Source of the DNA: Methanobacteriota archaeon
GTDB taxonomy: Archaea; JAADCQ01; Methanopyri; Methanopyrales; Methanopyraceae
Direction of reading: 5' to 3'
DNA length: 64,000 nt
Assembly (NCBI GenBank): GCA_027064425.1
Contig: JAMOPO010000057.1
Location: 1 to 64,000 of the forward strand
The translations under genes and the position numbers were made by a program. A model generated the notes under the pieces. The model searched no databases, was not told the origin of the DNA, and saw only the letters and a list, made by a program, of their open reading frames with translations. Positions 8,408-16,982 of the stretch are shown one piece after another. The first letter of the stretch is position 1. Each line of letters starts with the position of its first letter.

Positions 8408-9502
8408 GTGATCGCCCAGCTCCTACCCACGCTCGCCCTGGCGGTGCTGACCCTCCAGCCGGCTGGAGCGGCGTCCCAGGAGCAGGTGTGGACGGACTGG
8501 GCGATGAGTCACGTCACGGTCTCTTGCTACGGCGGGAGCTGCGTGCTCGCACTGGTGACGGCGGAGCGGATGCTAGGGCTCGGGAGCGAGACCGGAGGGG
8601 AAGTGGCCCGCGGAGGCTTCTCGGTGTACCGCGAGGGCGCGTCGGTGGGCGCGGAGCTGGGGCTGGCGATGATCCCGTTCTTACCCATGACCGGGGTCTC
8701 GATAGGGCTGATCTCGAGCCACCTGGCGTCCGTGGACGAGTGGAGGGAGGTGCTGGGCGAGTGGGCGGAGGTGTCGGCCGGACTGGGTATCGTGGACGCA
8801 TCGATCAAAGGCGCGGTGCTGCTCTCGTTGGTTGACGTGCCGCGAGTGACGGCGCTGGTGCGGAAGCCCGAGGCCATGGAGGTGTACGGGCGTCTCATCC
8901 AGGCCCTGCTAGCCTCCCTGCCGGTCGTGTTCTCGTCGTGGATGTCGGCGTTTTGGGGACCGCTGATCGTGGCGTCCGTGACGGCGCTGAACGTGTGGTA
9001 CGCGGTGAGGGCGCTGATCTTCGGCCCGCGCCTCCTAGCTCCGGTGGCGCTGCTGGAGCCCGGGCTGGCGGTGCTGTGCCTCGTCTACGAGCCCGTGAGG
9101 AGGTGGGTAGCGAGCGTGCCCCGTGTGCTGGCCGACGCGCTGGTGCGCCTGAGCGGCCCCGTCAGGTGGTTCTCGAGGGTCGTCCTGGACGCGATCCTGC
9201 CCCAACCCGCCGGTGGTTCTCTTTCCGAGACGTCACAATCGGGAACGGAGAAGGAGGCGACTCAGCGCCCCCGCACCAGGTCGGCCACCTCGTCGGGCTT
9301 CACGACGCCCTTCTCGGTGATGATCGCGTCGATGAGCTCGGGCGGGGTCACGTCGAAGGCGGGGTTGCGGGCCTCGACCTCCTCCGGGGCGATGGGGCGG
9401 CCCTGGACGGTCTTGACCTCCTCCTCGGGACGCTCCTCGATGGGGATGTCCTCGCCGGTCTCGGCCTCGGGGTCGATCGTGCTGGTCGGGGCGGCGACGT
9501 AG
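8408..9502 (+). CDS. Multi-pass membrane protein, lineage-specific; 3' end overlaps mtnA antisense
   Basis: C-terminal part of ORF 7382..9502; GTG 8408, signal-like VIAQLLPTLALAVLTLQPAGA and several hydrophobic helices. Confidence 0.6.
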   Translation: MIAQLLPTLALAVLTLQPAGAASQEQVWTDWAMSHVTVSCYGGSCVLALVTAERMLGLGSETGGEVARGGFSVYREGASVGAELGLAMIPFLPMTGVSIGLISSHLASVDEWREVLGEWAEVSAGLGIVDASIKGAVLLSLVDVPRVTALVRKPEAMEVYGRLIQALLASLPVVFSSWMSAFWGPLIVASVTALNVWYAVRALIFGPRLLAPVALLEPGLAVLCLVYEPVRRWVASVPRVLADALVRLSGPVRWFSRVVLDAILPQPAGGSLSETSQSGTEKEATQRPRTRSATSSGFTTPFSVMIASMSSGGVTSKAGLRASTSSGAMGRPWTVLTSSSGRSSMGMSSPVSASGSIVLVGAAT

Positions 9503-10248
9503 AAGGGAACGTCGTGCCGGTCGGCGAGGACGGCGATCTGGTACGTCCCGATCTTGTTGGCGACGGAGCCGTCCAGGGCGATGCGGTCGGCGCCGACGAT
9601 CACGGCGTCGACCTCGCCGCTCGCGAGGACGTGCCCGACGGCGGTGTCGGCGATGAGGGTCACGGGGATGCCGTCGCGGGTGAGCTCCCAGCAGGTGAGC
9701 CGGGCGCCCTGTTGGACGGGCCGGGTCTCGGTGGCGATCACGCGGACGTCCTTGTCCTGGTGGAACACGGCGGAGCGGATGACGCCCAGGGCGGTGCCCC
9801 AGTCGACGCAGGCGAGGGCGCCGGCGTTGCAGTGGGTGAGGACGGTGCACTCGTCGGGCAGGAGCTCGGCCCCGTGGTCGCCGAGCCTCCGGTTCGTCTC
9901 AACGTCCTCCTTGAGGATGCGCTCGGCCTCCTCGCGGGGATCGTCGGCGCGCTCCATGCGCTTGAGGGCCCAGAAGAGGTTGTACGCGGTGGGTCGGGTG
10001 CGCCGGAGGCGCTCGATGGCGCGGTCCACGTCCTCGCCGCGCTCGTGGGCGACCCAGACGCCGAGGGCGGCGACGGCGCCGATGAGGGGGGCGCCGCGGA
10101 CGCGCATGTTCTCGATGGCCTCGGCCGCGTCCTCGTGGGTGCGGCACTCGCGCCAGACCTCCTCCTCGGGGAGCCTGGTCTGGTCGAGGATCTCGAAGTA
10201 GCCGTCGTCCCAGTGCACGCGGAGGGTGAGGGTCTCGAAGGTGCTCAC
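9262..10248 (-). CDS. mtnA: Methylthioribose-1-phosphate isomerase (eIF2B alpha family)
   Basis: LDQTRLP, MRVRGAPLIG, TRPTAYNL, LTHCNAGALA, ETRP..QGARLT, ANKIGTY, NPAFDVTP. Confidence 0.93.
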   Translation of the reverse strand: MSTFETLTLRVHWDDGYFEILDQTRLPEEEVWRECRTHEDAAEAIENMRVRGAPLIGAVAALGVWVAHERGEDVDRAIERLRRTRPTAYNLFWALKRMERADDPREEAERILKEDVETNRRLGDHGAELLPDECTVLTHCNAGALACVDWGTALGVIRSAVFHQDKDVRVIATETRPVQQGARLTCWELTRDGIPVTLIADTAVGHVLASGEVDAVIVGADRIALDGSVANKIGTYQIAVLADRHDVPFYVAAPTSTIDPEAETGEDIPIEERPEEEVKTVQGRPIAPEEVEARNPAFDVTPPELIDAIITEKGVVKPDEVADLVRGR

Positions 10249-10297
10249 GGGCCCTCCCCCGCGGGTGGTTTAAGCGGGTGGGGGCGGGCCTCGCTCG

Positions 10298-10359
10298 GCC
10301 CCCGATGACCGGAGCGGGTGGGCTGACTTAGATGAGGAGCGGGTTATGAGGTGAGGGGC
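10298..10359 (+). ncRNA. Box C/D guide sRNA candidate
   Basis: GCCCC stem; C CCGATGA 10302-08; D' CTGA 10323-26; C' TAGATGA 10329-35; D GTGA 10351-54 (or ATGA 10346-49); GGGGC stem; TTTAAG about 25 nt upstream. Confidence 0.75.
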
Positions 10360-11343
10360 TCAGTAGCGCCGGGCGTCCTGGAGGCTTCGGTAGTCGCGGA
10401 GGACGCGGGTCGGGTAGGTTCGGGTGGTGATCCCGCGCTCCTCGAGGAGGGCGACGGGGACGAGCCCGCCGCAGGCGGCGATGCCGAGGCTGCGTGGTGG
10501 GAGCGGGATCCCGAGGACCTCGCCCTCGACGCGGGGCGCGTCGATGATGCCGTGCATGTCGGCGCGCTCGAGCTCGGACTTGATGCGGTCGACCTCGTCC
10601 GCGGCGGCCCAGGGCACGTAGCGGACGTTGGCGGGCAGGAGCCCGGTCCCCTCGTCCAGGATGTCCTCGACGCTGGTCATGCGCTTGGCGACGAAGACGT
10701 GCAGCGGGTCGACGGTGGAGCCCTCGTACTTGATGTACTCCTGGAAGCCCACGGGCTCGTGGTCCTCGAAGTAGAGGAGGCCGCCGCAGACGGGGTTCAC
10801 GGGGATGCCGTGGTTGAGGAGGACGCCGTCGATGGTGACGGAGCAGACGGTGAGGACGGCGACCTCGTCCTCGCGGACGGGGATGTCGGGGGCGGGCGGC
10901 TCCTCCTCGACGGAGATCAGGGGGCTGGGTGAGAGCCCGGCGCGGTAGGTCTCGACGACGGCCTCGATGAAGTCGTCGAGGTGGTCGCGGTGGACGACGG
11001 AGACGTTACACACGACCTTGCCCTCGCCCTTCTCGGGGTCGAACGTGCACTTGTACGCCATCTCCTCGATGATGGAGATGTACATGCTGGAGCGCTCGTA
11101 GGAGGTGGCGAGCCGGAGCATGCGCTCGCCCTTGCGGGTGATGCGGGCGCCGACGTAGCGGCCGCCGCGGCGGACGCGCTCGACGAGGCCCCGCTCCTCG
11201 AGGCGGTTGAGCCGGTAGCGGATGGCCCGGGTGCTGTACTCGACCCCGAAGCGCTCGCGGAGGAGCTCGGAGATGCGGGTGGACCCGATGGGCTCGCCGG
11301 CCTCGGAGAGGACGCGGAGGATCATCACGTCGAGCTCGTCCAT
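10360..11343 (-). CDS. nrpR: Nitrogen regulator NrpR (wHTH plus single DUF128/NRD region)
   Basis: N-terminal wHTH (IGSTRISELL..TRAIRYRLNRLEERGL), TVCSVTIDGVLL..GIP, YEGSTVDPL, GGLVPVA; directly downstream of glnA. Confidence 0.88.
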   Translation of the reverse strand: MDELDVMILRVLSEAGEPIGSTRISELLRERFGVEYSTRAIRYRLNRLEERGLVERVRRGGRYVGARITRKGERMLRLATSYERSSMYISIIEEMAYKCTFDPEKGEGKVVCNVSVVHRDHLDDFIEAVVETYRAGLSPSPLISVEEEPPAPDIPVREDEVAVLTVCSVTIDGVLLNHGIPVNPVCGGLLYFEDHEPVGFQEYIKYEGSTVDPLHVFVAKRMTSVEDILDEGTGLLPANVRYVPWAAADEVDRIKSELERADMHGIIDAPRVEGEVLGIPLPPRSLGIAACGGLVPVALLEERGITTRTYPTRVLRDYRSLQDARRY

Positions 11344-11363
11344 CGTTACACCCTTGTAACGAT
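11342..11363. repeat. Perfect 9-bp inverted repeat ATCGTTACA-CCCT-TGTAACGAT over the nrpR SD/start
   Basis: Read directly from sequence. Confidence 0.85.
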
Positions 11364-11392
11364 TCCCGCGCGGCGAGAAGGAGGTTGCGGGA

Positions 11393-12775
11393 CTAGTACA
11401 CGATGAACCTCCGAACCTCCCACTTGGTGACGCGCTCCCGGTACTGCTTCCACTCCTCCCACTTCAGCTCCAGCCACTGCTCGACGATGTGGTCCGTGAA
11501 CGCGCTCTGCACGACCTCGTCCTCCTCGAAGGCCTCCAGCGCCTCCTTCAGGTTCTCCGGCAGCGTGTCGATGCCCAGCTCCCTCCGCTCCTTCTCGCTC
11601 ATCTCGTACAGGTTCTCGTTCACCGGCTCGCCCGGGTCGATCTCCCGCTTGATCCCGTCCACGCCGGCCACGGCCATCGCCGCGAAGGCCAGGTACGGGT
11701 TGCACGCCGGGTCCGGCGAGCGGTACTCGATCCGCGTCGCCTTGCCCCGCGCGGCCGGCACTCGGATGAACGCGCTCCGGTTCTTCGGGCTCCAGGCGAT
11801 GTACACCGGCGCCTCGTAGCCCGGCACCAGCCGCTTGTACGAGTTCACCAGCGGGTTGCAGATCGCGCACAGCGCGTGCGCGTGCTCCATCAGGCCACCG
11901 ATGTAGTACAGCGCCTCGTCGGACAAGTAGTACTGGTCCTCCGCGTCCGGATCGTAGAACAGGTTCTCCTCCGTCCTCGGGTCCCACAGCGACTGGTGCA
12001 CGTGCATCCCGTTGCCGTTCTCGCCGTAGATCGGCTTCGGCATGAACGTGGCGATCACGCCGTGCTTCCGGGCGATCGCCTTCACGATCTGCTTGAACGA
12101 GATCACGTTGTCCGCCGTGGCGACCGCGTCCGCGAACTTGAAGTCGATCTCGTGCTGGCCCGGGCCGACCTCGTGGTGGCTCATCTCGACCTCCAGGCCG
12201 AACTCCTCCATCGCGAAGATGATCTCGCGCCGGATGTCCTCGGCCCGGTCCAGCGGGTAGAAGTCGAAGTAGCCGCCCTCGTCGTGCGGCTCCACCTCAC
12301 CGGTCTCCGGGTCCTGCTTGAGCAGGTAGAACTCGCACTCCGGACCGCAGTACATCATGTAACCGTCCTCGGCCAGCTCGTTCATCACGCGCTTCAGGTT
12401 CAGGCGCGGGCAGCCCTCGAACGGCCTCCCCTCCGGCCAGTAGACGTCGCAGATCACCCGCGCGACCTTGCCCTCGCGCGGCCGCCAGGGTAGGATGGCG
12501 AACGTGTCCGGGTCCGGCATGGCGATCATGTCCGACTCCTCGATGCTCACGAACCCGTCGATGGACGAGCCGTCGAAGAGCACGCCCTCCGTGAACGCCT
12601 CCTCGACGCGCTCGGCCGGGATCGCGAAGTTCTTCACGAACCCGTGGATGTCGACGAACTGCAGCCGGATGAACTTCACGTCGCGCTTCTCGATCTCGCT
12701 CTTGATCTCCTCCAGCTTCTCCTCGTTCTCCTTTTGTCGCTTCTTAAAGTCAAGCGTGTAAACCTCCTTAACCAT
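11393..12775 (-). CDS. glnA: Glutamine synthetase type I
   Basis: FDGSSIDGF, HHEVGPGQHEI, ATFMPKP..GENGNGMHVHQS, NSYKRLVPGYEAP, RIEYRSPD; ATG 12775. Confidence 0.97.
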   Translation of the reverse strand: MVKEVYTLDFKKRQKENEEKLEEIKSEIEKRDVKFIRLQFVDIHGFVKNFAIPAERVEEAFTEGVLFDGSSIDGFVSIEESDMIAMPDPDTFAILPWRPREGKVARVICDVYWPEGRPFEGCPRLNLKRVMNELAEDGYMMYCGPECEFYLLKQDPETGEVEPHDEGGYFDFYPLDRAEDIRREIIFAMEEFGLEVEMSHHEVGPGQHEIDFKFADAVATADNVISFKQIVKAIARKHGVIATFMPKPIYGENGNGMHVHQSLWDPRTEENLFYDPDAEDQYYLSDEALYYIGGLMEHAHALCAICNPLVNSYKRLVPGYEAPVYIAWSPKNRSAFIRVPAARGKATRIEYRSPDPACNPYLAFAAMAVAGVDGIKREIDPGEPVNENLYEMSEKERRELGIDTLPENLKEALEAFEEDEVVQSAFTDHIVEQWLELKWEEWKQYRERVTKWEVRRFIVY

Positions 12776-12791
12776 GCCGGAGCGCTCCCCC

Positions 12792-12819
12792 GGAGAATAC
12801 CTTCCGGCAACCAACTTCC
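12792..12819. promoter_or_regulatory. Two tandem NrpR-type operators (GGAA-N6-TTCC, one mismatch each)
   Basis: GGAG-AATACC-TTCC 12792-805 and GGCA-ACCAAC-TTCC 12806-819, between TATA and glnA start. Confidence 0.75.
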
Positions 12820-12842
12820 AGCGGCACGGGCCGCCCCTCTGG

Positions 12843-12850
12843 AATTATAA
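12843..12850. promoter_or_regulatory. TATA element AATTATAA between divergent glnA and a secreted-protein gene
   Basis: Only strongly AT-rich stretch in the spacer, about 25 nt from the operators. Confidence 0.6.
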
Positions 12851-12884
12851 GGGTTGCGGAACGCCCGGCCGGGGGGTGATCAAG

Positions 12885-13994
12885 GTGCGAACGCTCGCCC
12901 TGATCCTCCCGCTCCTGACGGTCCTGCTCGCCCCCGCCGCGGCGATGGAGGTCGGCGTCTTCGCCTGGGGCAGCACGATCCGCAAGGTGGGCGTGGAGAA
13001 CTTCGTGAACGACACCATCAGCAGCGGCTACACCAAGGTCGCCGTCCTCATCCGCGGCGTGAGCACGCCGACCCGCATCGACACGCTCCAGCAGGTCTAC
13101 AGGCTGACCAAGGCCAGGAACCCGAACGTCAAGGTCTACGCCTGGCTGGTCGGGTTCGAGCGGAGGCACGGCTGGGACAAGCCGTGGGACCCCGAGGTGC
13201 AGCGCGAGATCCTGGACGCCGTGAGGGCCGCGCTACCCTACTGCGACGGCGTGATCCTCGACGACTCGTTCCGGTACCCGACCAGGGACCCGGAGAAGCG
13301 CCGCCTCGCCATGGAGGCCATCACGGACCTCGTCCGACGCATCTCCGAGCTCGTGCACGCGCAGGGCAAGGAGGTGTACTTCTGCCTCCTACCGGAGAAC
13401 CCGAGGCCGTACTCGATCGACCGGGACGCCATCGCCCAGTACGTGGACAAGTTCATCGTGGAGGCGTACACGCGCGAGTACGGCCGGAGCGACTCGTGGC
13501 CCGTCCACATCTACCACCTGTACGAGTCCCTCTACCCGGGCAAGATCGCCATCGCCCTCCACGAGCCGAACATCAAGCGGCTGCGCCACCAGCTCGAGCT
13601 GCTAAGGGAGGCCGGGTGCCCGGAGGTCTGGATCTTCCGGTACGGTGAGGTCCGCGGCAAGCTGAGGCTGCGGGCGGGCTCGCAGGCGGTGTACGGGACC
13701 ACCGAGGAGGCCCGGGCATCGACCACCGCCGAGGGCTTAACGGGGCTCCTGGAGCTGCTGCTGGCCCTGGGCACCGCCGGGGCGGTCGCCCTCGTCGTCG
13801 CCACGAACCCGGCCGTGCTGCACGAGCTGGCGGCCACCGCCGGGGAGCTGCTGGAGACGATCGTCACCGAGGGCGGCCGGCTGCTGTCCCAGGTGCTGTC
13901 CGGCGGGTCGGACGCCGCGGCGCTGGTGCGGGCCGCGGGCGTCTTCGGGTGGGGGCTGATCCTGGCCCTGCTGCTCGGGCTCCTGCTGGGCTAG
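12885..13994 (+). CDS. Secreted/membrane-anchored TIM-barrel glycoside-hydrolase-like protein
   Basis: GTG 12885 after SD GGGGGTGA; signal peptide; VKVYAWL, DGVILDDSFRYP, YVDKFIVEAY; C-terminal hydrophobic helices. Confidence 0.65.
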   Translation: MRTLALILPLLTVLLAPAAAMEVGVFAWGSTIRKVGVENFVNDTISSGYTKVAVLIRGVSTPTRIDTLQQVYRLTKARNPNVKVYAWLVGFERRHGWDKPWDPEVQREILDAVRAALPYCDGVILDDSFRYPTRDPEKRRLAMEAITDLVRRISELVHAQGKEVYFCLLPENPRPYSIDRDAIAQYVDKFIVEAYTREYGRSDSWPVHIYHLYESLYPGKIAIALHEPNIKRLRHQLELLREAGCPEVWIFRYGEVRGKLRLRAGSQAVYGTTEEARASTTAEGLTGLLELLLALGTAGAVALVVATNPAVLHELAATAGELLETIVTEGGRLLSQVLSGGSDAAALVRAAGVFGWGLILALLLGLLLG

Positions 13995-14962
13995 ACCGCC
14001 AGCAGGCTCCGCCAGACCCGCCGACACCGGCAGCTCAGGCCCTCCAGCTCACCAACGTCCTGGGTGGCGGTGAACCGGCGCAGGGCCCGGGCCACGCGGC
14101 GGGAGCACCGGCGACAGTTGGAGGGGCCCCGGGGCGTCCCGGCGCCGGACGTGTCCACCAGCACGTCCACCCGGTCGCCCAGCAGCTCCTTGATCCTCCG
14201 CGCCACCTCCACGCAGCTCCAGAGCCACGGGGGCCGGTAGAGGCCCGCGCGCCAGGCCCGCTCGAGCGGGGTGTCCCGGTGGATCGTGGTCGGGCAGACG
14301 GACACGCGCTCGCACCCGGCGAGCCAGGCGTCGACGGCGGATCGGACGGTGTCCTCGATGGCCTCCGCCTCGGACAGGGGCGGTAACTTGAGCATCAGGT
14401 AGGCCTTCGGCGTCCCACCGAACTCCTTCACCCGCCGCACGGCCCGGGCGAACTCGCGGAAGGTGAAGCCCTTATTCAGGCTCCGCCGCAGCCGGTCGTC
14501 GCTGGTCTCGAGCCCGATCCCCACCTCGAAGGGCTTCCCGTCGAGCAGCTCGGTGACCAGCTCCAGCCGCTCCTCCGTCACGAACTCGGGGCGGGACTCG
14601 AAGGAGACCTCGGTGACGTTCGGCTCCTCGGCGAGGCGGCCCAGGATCCGCTCGAGGGCCTCGTCGGGGACCTCCTCCGGGTCCAGGAGGCTCCCCGACG
14701 TGAAGATCTTGACCGCGTGCGGCCCGTCGGGTCGGTGCCGGGAGTACGCGCGCTCGAACTGTCGGACGAGGAGGTCGGCGGGCACCTTCTCGCCCGCTCC
14801 CTCGAGCGGGTAGGAGCAGAAGTGGCAGCCGCCGGTCTCGCGGAACCAGCGGCAGCCGCGGGTCGAGAGGATGATCACGACGCTGCGGTCGGCCCCGGTG
14901 ACCCGGTCGGGCTGTACCCAGGCGGCGACGTACCGGTCGGGCCTGCCCCTGTATTCGGGCAA
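13991..14962 (-). CDS. Archaeosine biosynthesis radical SAM protein RaSEA (TIGR01210-like)
   Basis: STRGCRW...GGCHFCSY, KIFTSGSLLD, ESRPEFV, GLET, YRPPWLWS, GPSNCRRC; TTG 14962 preferred because ATG 15004 lies in a sRNA C' box. Confidence 0.85.
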   Translation of the reverse strand: MPEYRGRPDRYVAAWVQPDRVTGADRSVVIILSTRGCRWFRETGGCHFCSYPLEGAGEKVPADLLVRQFERAYSRHRPDGPHAVKIFTSGSLLDPEEVPDEALERILGRLAEEPNVTEVSFESRPEFVTEERLELVTELLDGKPFEVGIGLETSDDRLRRSLNKGFTFREFARAVRRVKEFGGTPKAYLMLKLPPLSEAEAIEDTVRSAVDAWLAGCERVSVCPTTIHRDTPLERAWRAGLYRPPWLWSCVEVARRIKELLGDRVDVLVDTSGAGTPRGPSNCRRCSRRVARALRRFTATQDVGELEGLSCRCRRVWRSLLAV

Positions 14963-14978
14963 CGCGGGTCCGCCCGAA

Positions 14979-15042
14979 ACCTCAGTGCCGGGCTCAGTCT
15001 TCATCCGTGGGGAGGTCAGCGACGCAGGCCTGTCATCACGGG
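14979..15042 (-). ncRNA. Box C/D guide sRNA candidate
   Basis: Minus strand GTGATGA-CAGGCCTGCGTCG-CTGA-CCTCCCCACGG-ATGAAGA-CTGAGCCCGGCA-CTGA; near-canonical boxes and 12-13 nt guides. Confidence 0.85.
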
Positions 15043-15051
15043 GGTGGTCCG

Positions 15052-15561
15052 TTGCCGGTCGCGTGGGTGTTCGAGGGCGGTAGCACGCTGTTCGACGGGT
15101 ACGAGCGGCTGAAAGAAAACCATTTCGGCACGGAGCGCGGCGACTCGCTCGTGCTGAACCCGTTCGAGACGGTGTACCTGGCGGAGGAGGGCGAGATCGA
15201 GCCCCGGTCGACCTCGGGCGAGGAGCTGTCGGTGGAGGAGCTGGTCGAGTTCTTCGAGGAGCGCGTCCCGCGGTTCCGCGCCGGGTACGCCGTTTACCGG
15301 GACCTGGTCGAGCGAGGGTACGTGGTGAAGGCGGGGTTCAAGTACGGGGGCCTGTTCCGGGTTTACGAGGGGGACCCGGACCGGGAACACTCTAAATACG
15401 TGGTCCGGGTGGTCGAGCCGTCCGAGAGCCTGGCTCCGAGGGACATCCTCCGCGCCACGCGGCTGGCGCACTCCGTGCGCAAGGAGTTCATCCTGGCCGT
15501 CGTCGAGGACCCGTCGAAACCCAAGATCCGGTACGTCCGGTGGAGGTGGAGGAGGCTGTAG
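15052..15561 (+). CDS. endA: tRNA-splicing endonuclease, catalytic subunit
   Basis: VYRDLVERGYVVKAGFKYGGLFRVY..HSKY..RLAHSVRK (Tyr/His/Lys triad); TTG 15052. Confidence 0.92.
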   Translation: MPVAWVFEGGSTLFDGYERLKENHFGTERGDSLVLNPFETVYLAEEGEIEPRSTSGEELSVEELVEFFEERVPRFRAGYAVYRDLVERGYVVKAGFKYGGLFRVYEGDPDREHSKYVVRVVEPSESLAPRDILRATRLAHSVRKEFILAVVEDPSKPKIRYVRWRWRRL

Positions 15562-15574
15562 GGGGGTAGCGGCG

Positions 15575-15829
15575 ATGGCGGAGGAGGAGAAGCCGGAGCC
15601 TTACTACGGCGCCTGGCCGTGCCATCCGCGGGACCTCGTCGAGGAGGGCGTGACCACGAGCGCCCGGCGGGCCCGTATCGTCCTCCGCAAGTACGTGCTG
15701 GGGCAGGACGAGGAGGAGATCGCGGAGGAGGAGGGCATCTCGCTGAAGTCGGTGAAGTACCACCTCGAGAAGGCGGAGGAGGAGGGCCTCATCGACTACG
15801 TGAAGGAGAAGTTCGTGGAGGAGGAGTAG
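15575..15829 (+). CDS. Small acidic HTH protein
   Basis: EEEIAEEEGISLKSVKYHLEKAEEEGLI. Confidence 0.7.
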   Translation: MAEEEKPEPYYGAWPCHPRDLVEEGVTTSARRARIVLRKYVLGQDEEEIAEEEGISLKSVKYHLEKAEEEGLIDYVKEKFVEEE

Positions 15830-15838
15830 CGCGGGTGA

Positions 15839-16981
15839 GTGGCCATCCCCGAGGAGGTCCTGATCGACCCCTGGGACGTCGAGGAGGTCGACTACGAGCG
15901 GCTGACCCGTGAGTTCGGGATCGAGCCGATCGACGACGAGGTGCGGGACCTCCTCCCCAAGGACTTCCCGCTGGTCGAGCGGGGGATAGTGTTCGGTCAT
16001 CGGGACTTCGACGCGTTCCTCCGGGACTACGAGGAGGGCGAGCGGGTCTCGGTCCTCAGCGGGATGATGCCCAGCGGGCGCATGCACCTGGGTCACAAGA
16101 CCGTCGTGGACCAGCTCGTCTGGTACCAGCGGGAGCTGGGCGTCAAGGTGTACATCCCCATCGCCGACCTCGAGGCCTACCACGCGCGCGGCATGGACCT
16201 CGAGGAGGCGCAGGACCTGGCCGTCCGCGAGTACATCCTCAACTACGCGGCCCTGGGCCTCGACCTCGACCCGGAGCGCTGCGAGATCTACCTGCAGTCC
16301 GAGCGCAAGACCGTCCAGCGAATGGCCCTGCTCCTGGCCGGCCGCCTGACCTGGAACACGATCAAGAACACGTACGGCTTCTCCGGAGACACCAACATGG
16401 GGCACGCGTTCGCCCCCATCGTCCAGGCGGCCGACATCCTGCACCCGCAGGAGCTCGAGGGCCCGCACCGCGTCCTGGTCCCGGTCGGCGTGGACCAGGA
16501 CCCGCACCTCCGCCTGACCCGAGACGTCGCCGAGAAGGAGGGCCTAGTCAAGCCCGCGAGCACTTACCACCGGTTCATGACGGGGCTGACCGGTGGGAAG
16601 ATGTCCAGCAGCAAGCCGAAGACGGCGATCTTCCTCACGGACTCGCCGAAGGAGGTCGAGGAGAAGGTCTGGGGCGCGAAGACGGGCGGCGGGGCCACGC
16701 TCGAGGAGCACCGGGAGGAGGGCGGGAACCCGGACGAGTGCGTCGTCTACGAGCTGATGGTGTACCACCTCGCGGACCGGCTGGGCGACGGCAAGCTCCG
16801 GGAGATCCGGGAGAAGTGCCGGGAGGGCGAGATCGTCTGCGGTGAGTGCAAGAAGCTGGCCGCTCGGGAGCTGAAGGAGCTGCTGAGCGAGATCCAAAAG
16901 GCCCGCGAGGAGGCGAAGGAGGAGCTCCCCGACCTACTGTCGCAGCACGAGGACGCCCCACCCGCCCCGGAGGACTGGTAG
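15839..16981 (+). CDS. trpS: Tryptophanyl-tRNA synthetase
   Basis: GMMPSGRMHLGH, QAADILHPQ, VPVGVDQDPH, GGKMSSS. Confidence 0.96.
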   Translation: MAIPEEVLIDPWDVEEVDYERLTREFGIEPIDDEVRDLLPKDFPLVERGIVFGHRDFDAFLRDYEEGERVSVLSGMMPSGRMHLGHKTVVDQLVWYQRELGVKVYIPIADLEAYHARGMDLEEAQDLAVREYILNYAALGLDLDPERCEIYLQSERKTVQRMALLLAGRLTWNTIKNTYGFSGDTNMGHAFAPIVQAADILHPQELEGPHRVLVPVGVDQDPHLRLTRDVAEKEGLVKPASTYHRFMTGLTGGKMSSSKPKTAIFLTDSPKEVEEKVWGAKTGGGATLEEHREEGGNPDECVVYELMVYHLADRLGDGKLREIREKCREGEIVCGECKKLAARELKELLSEIQKAREEAKEELPDLLSQHEDAPPAPEDW

Positions 16982-16982
16982 C

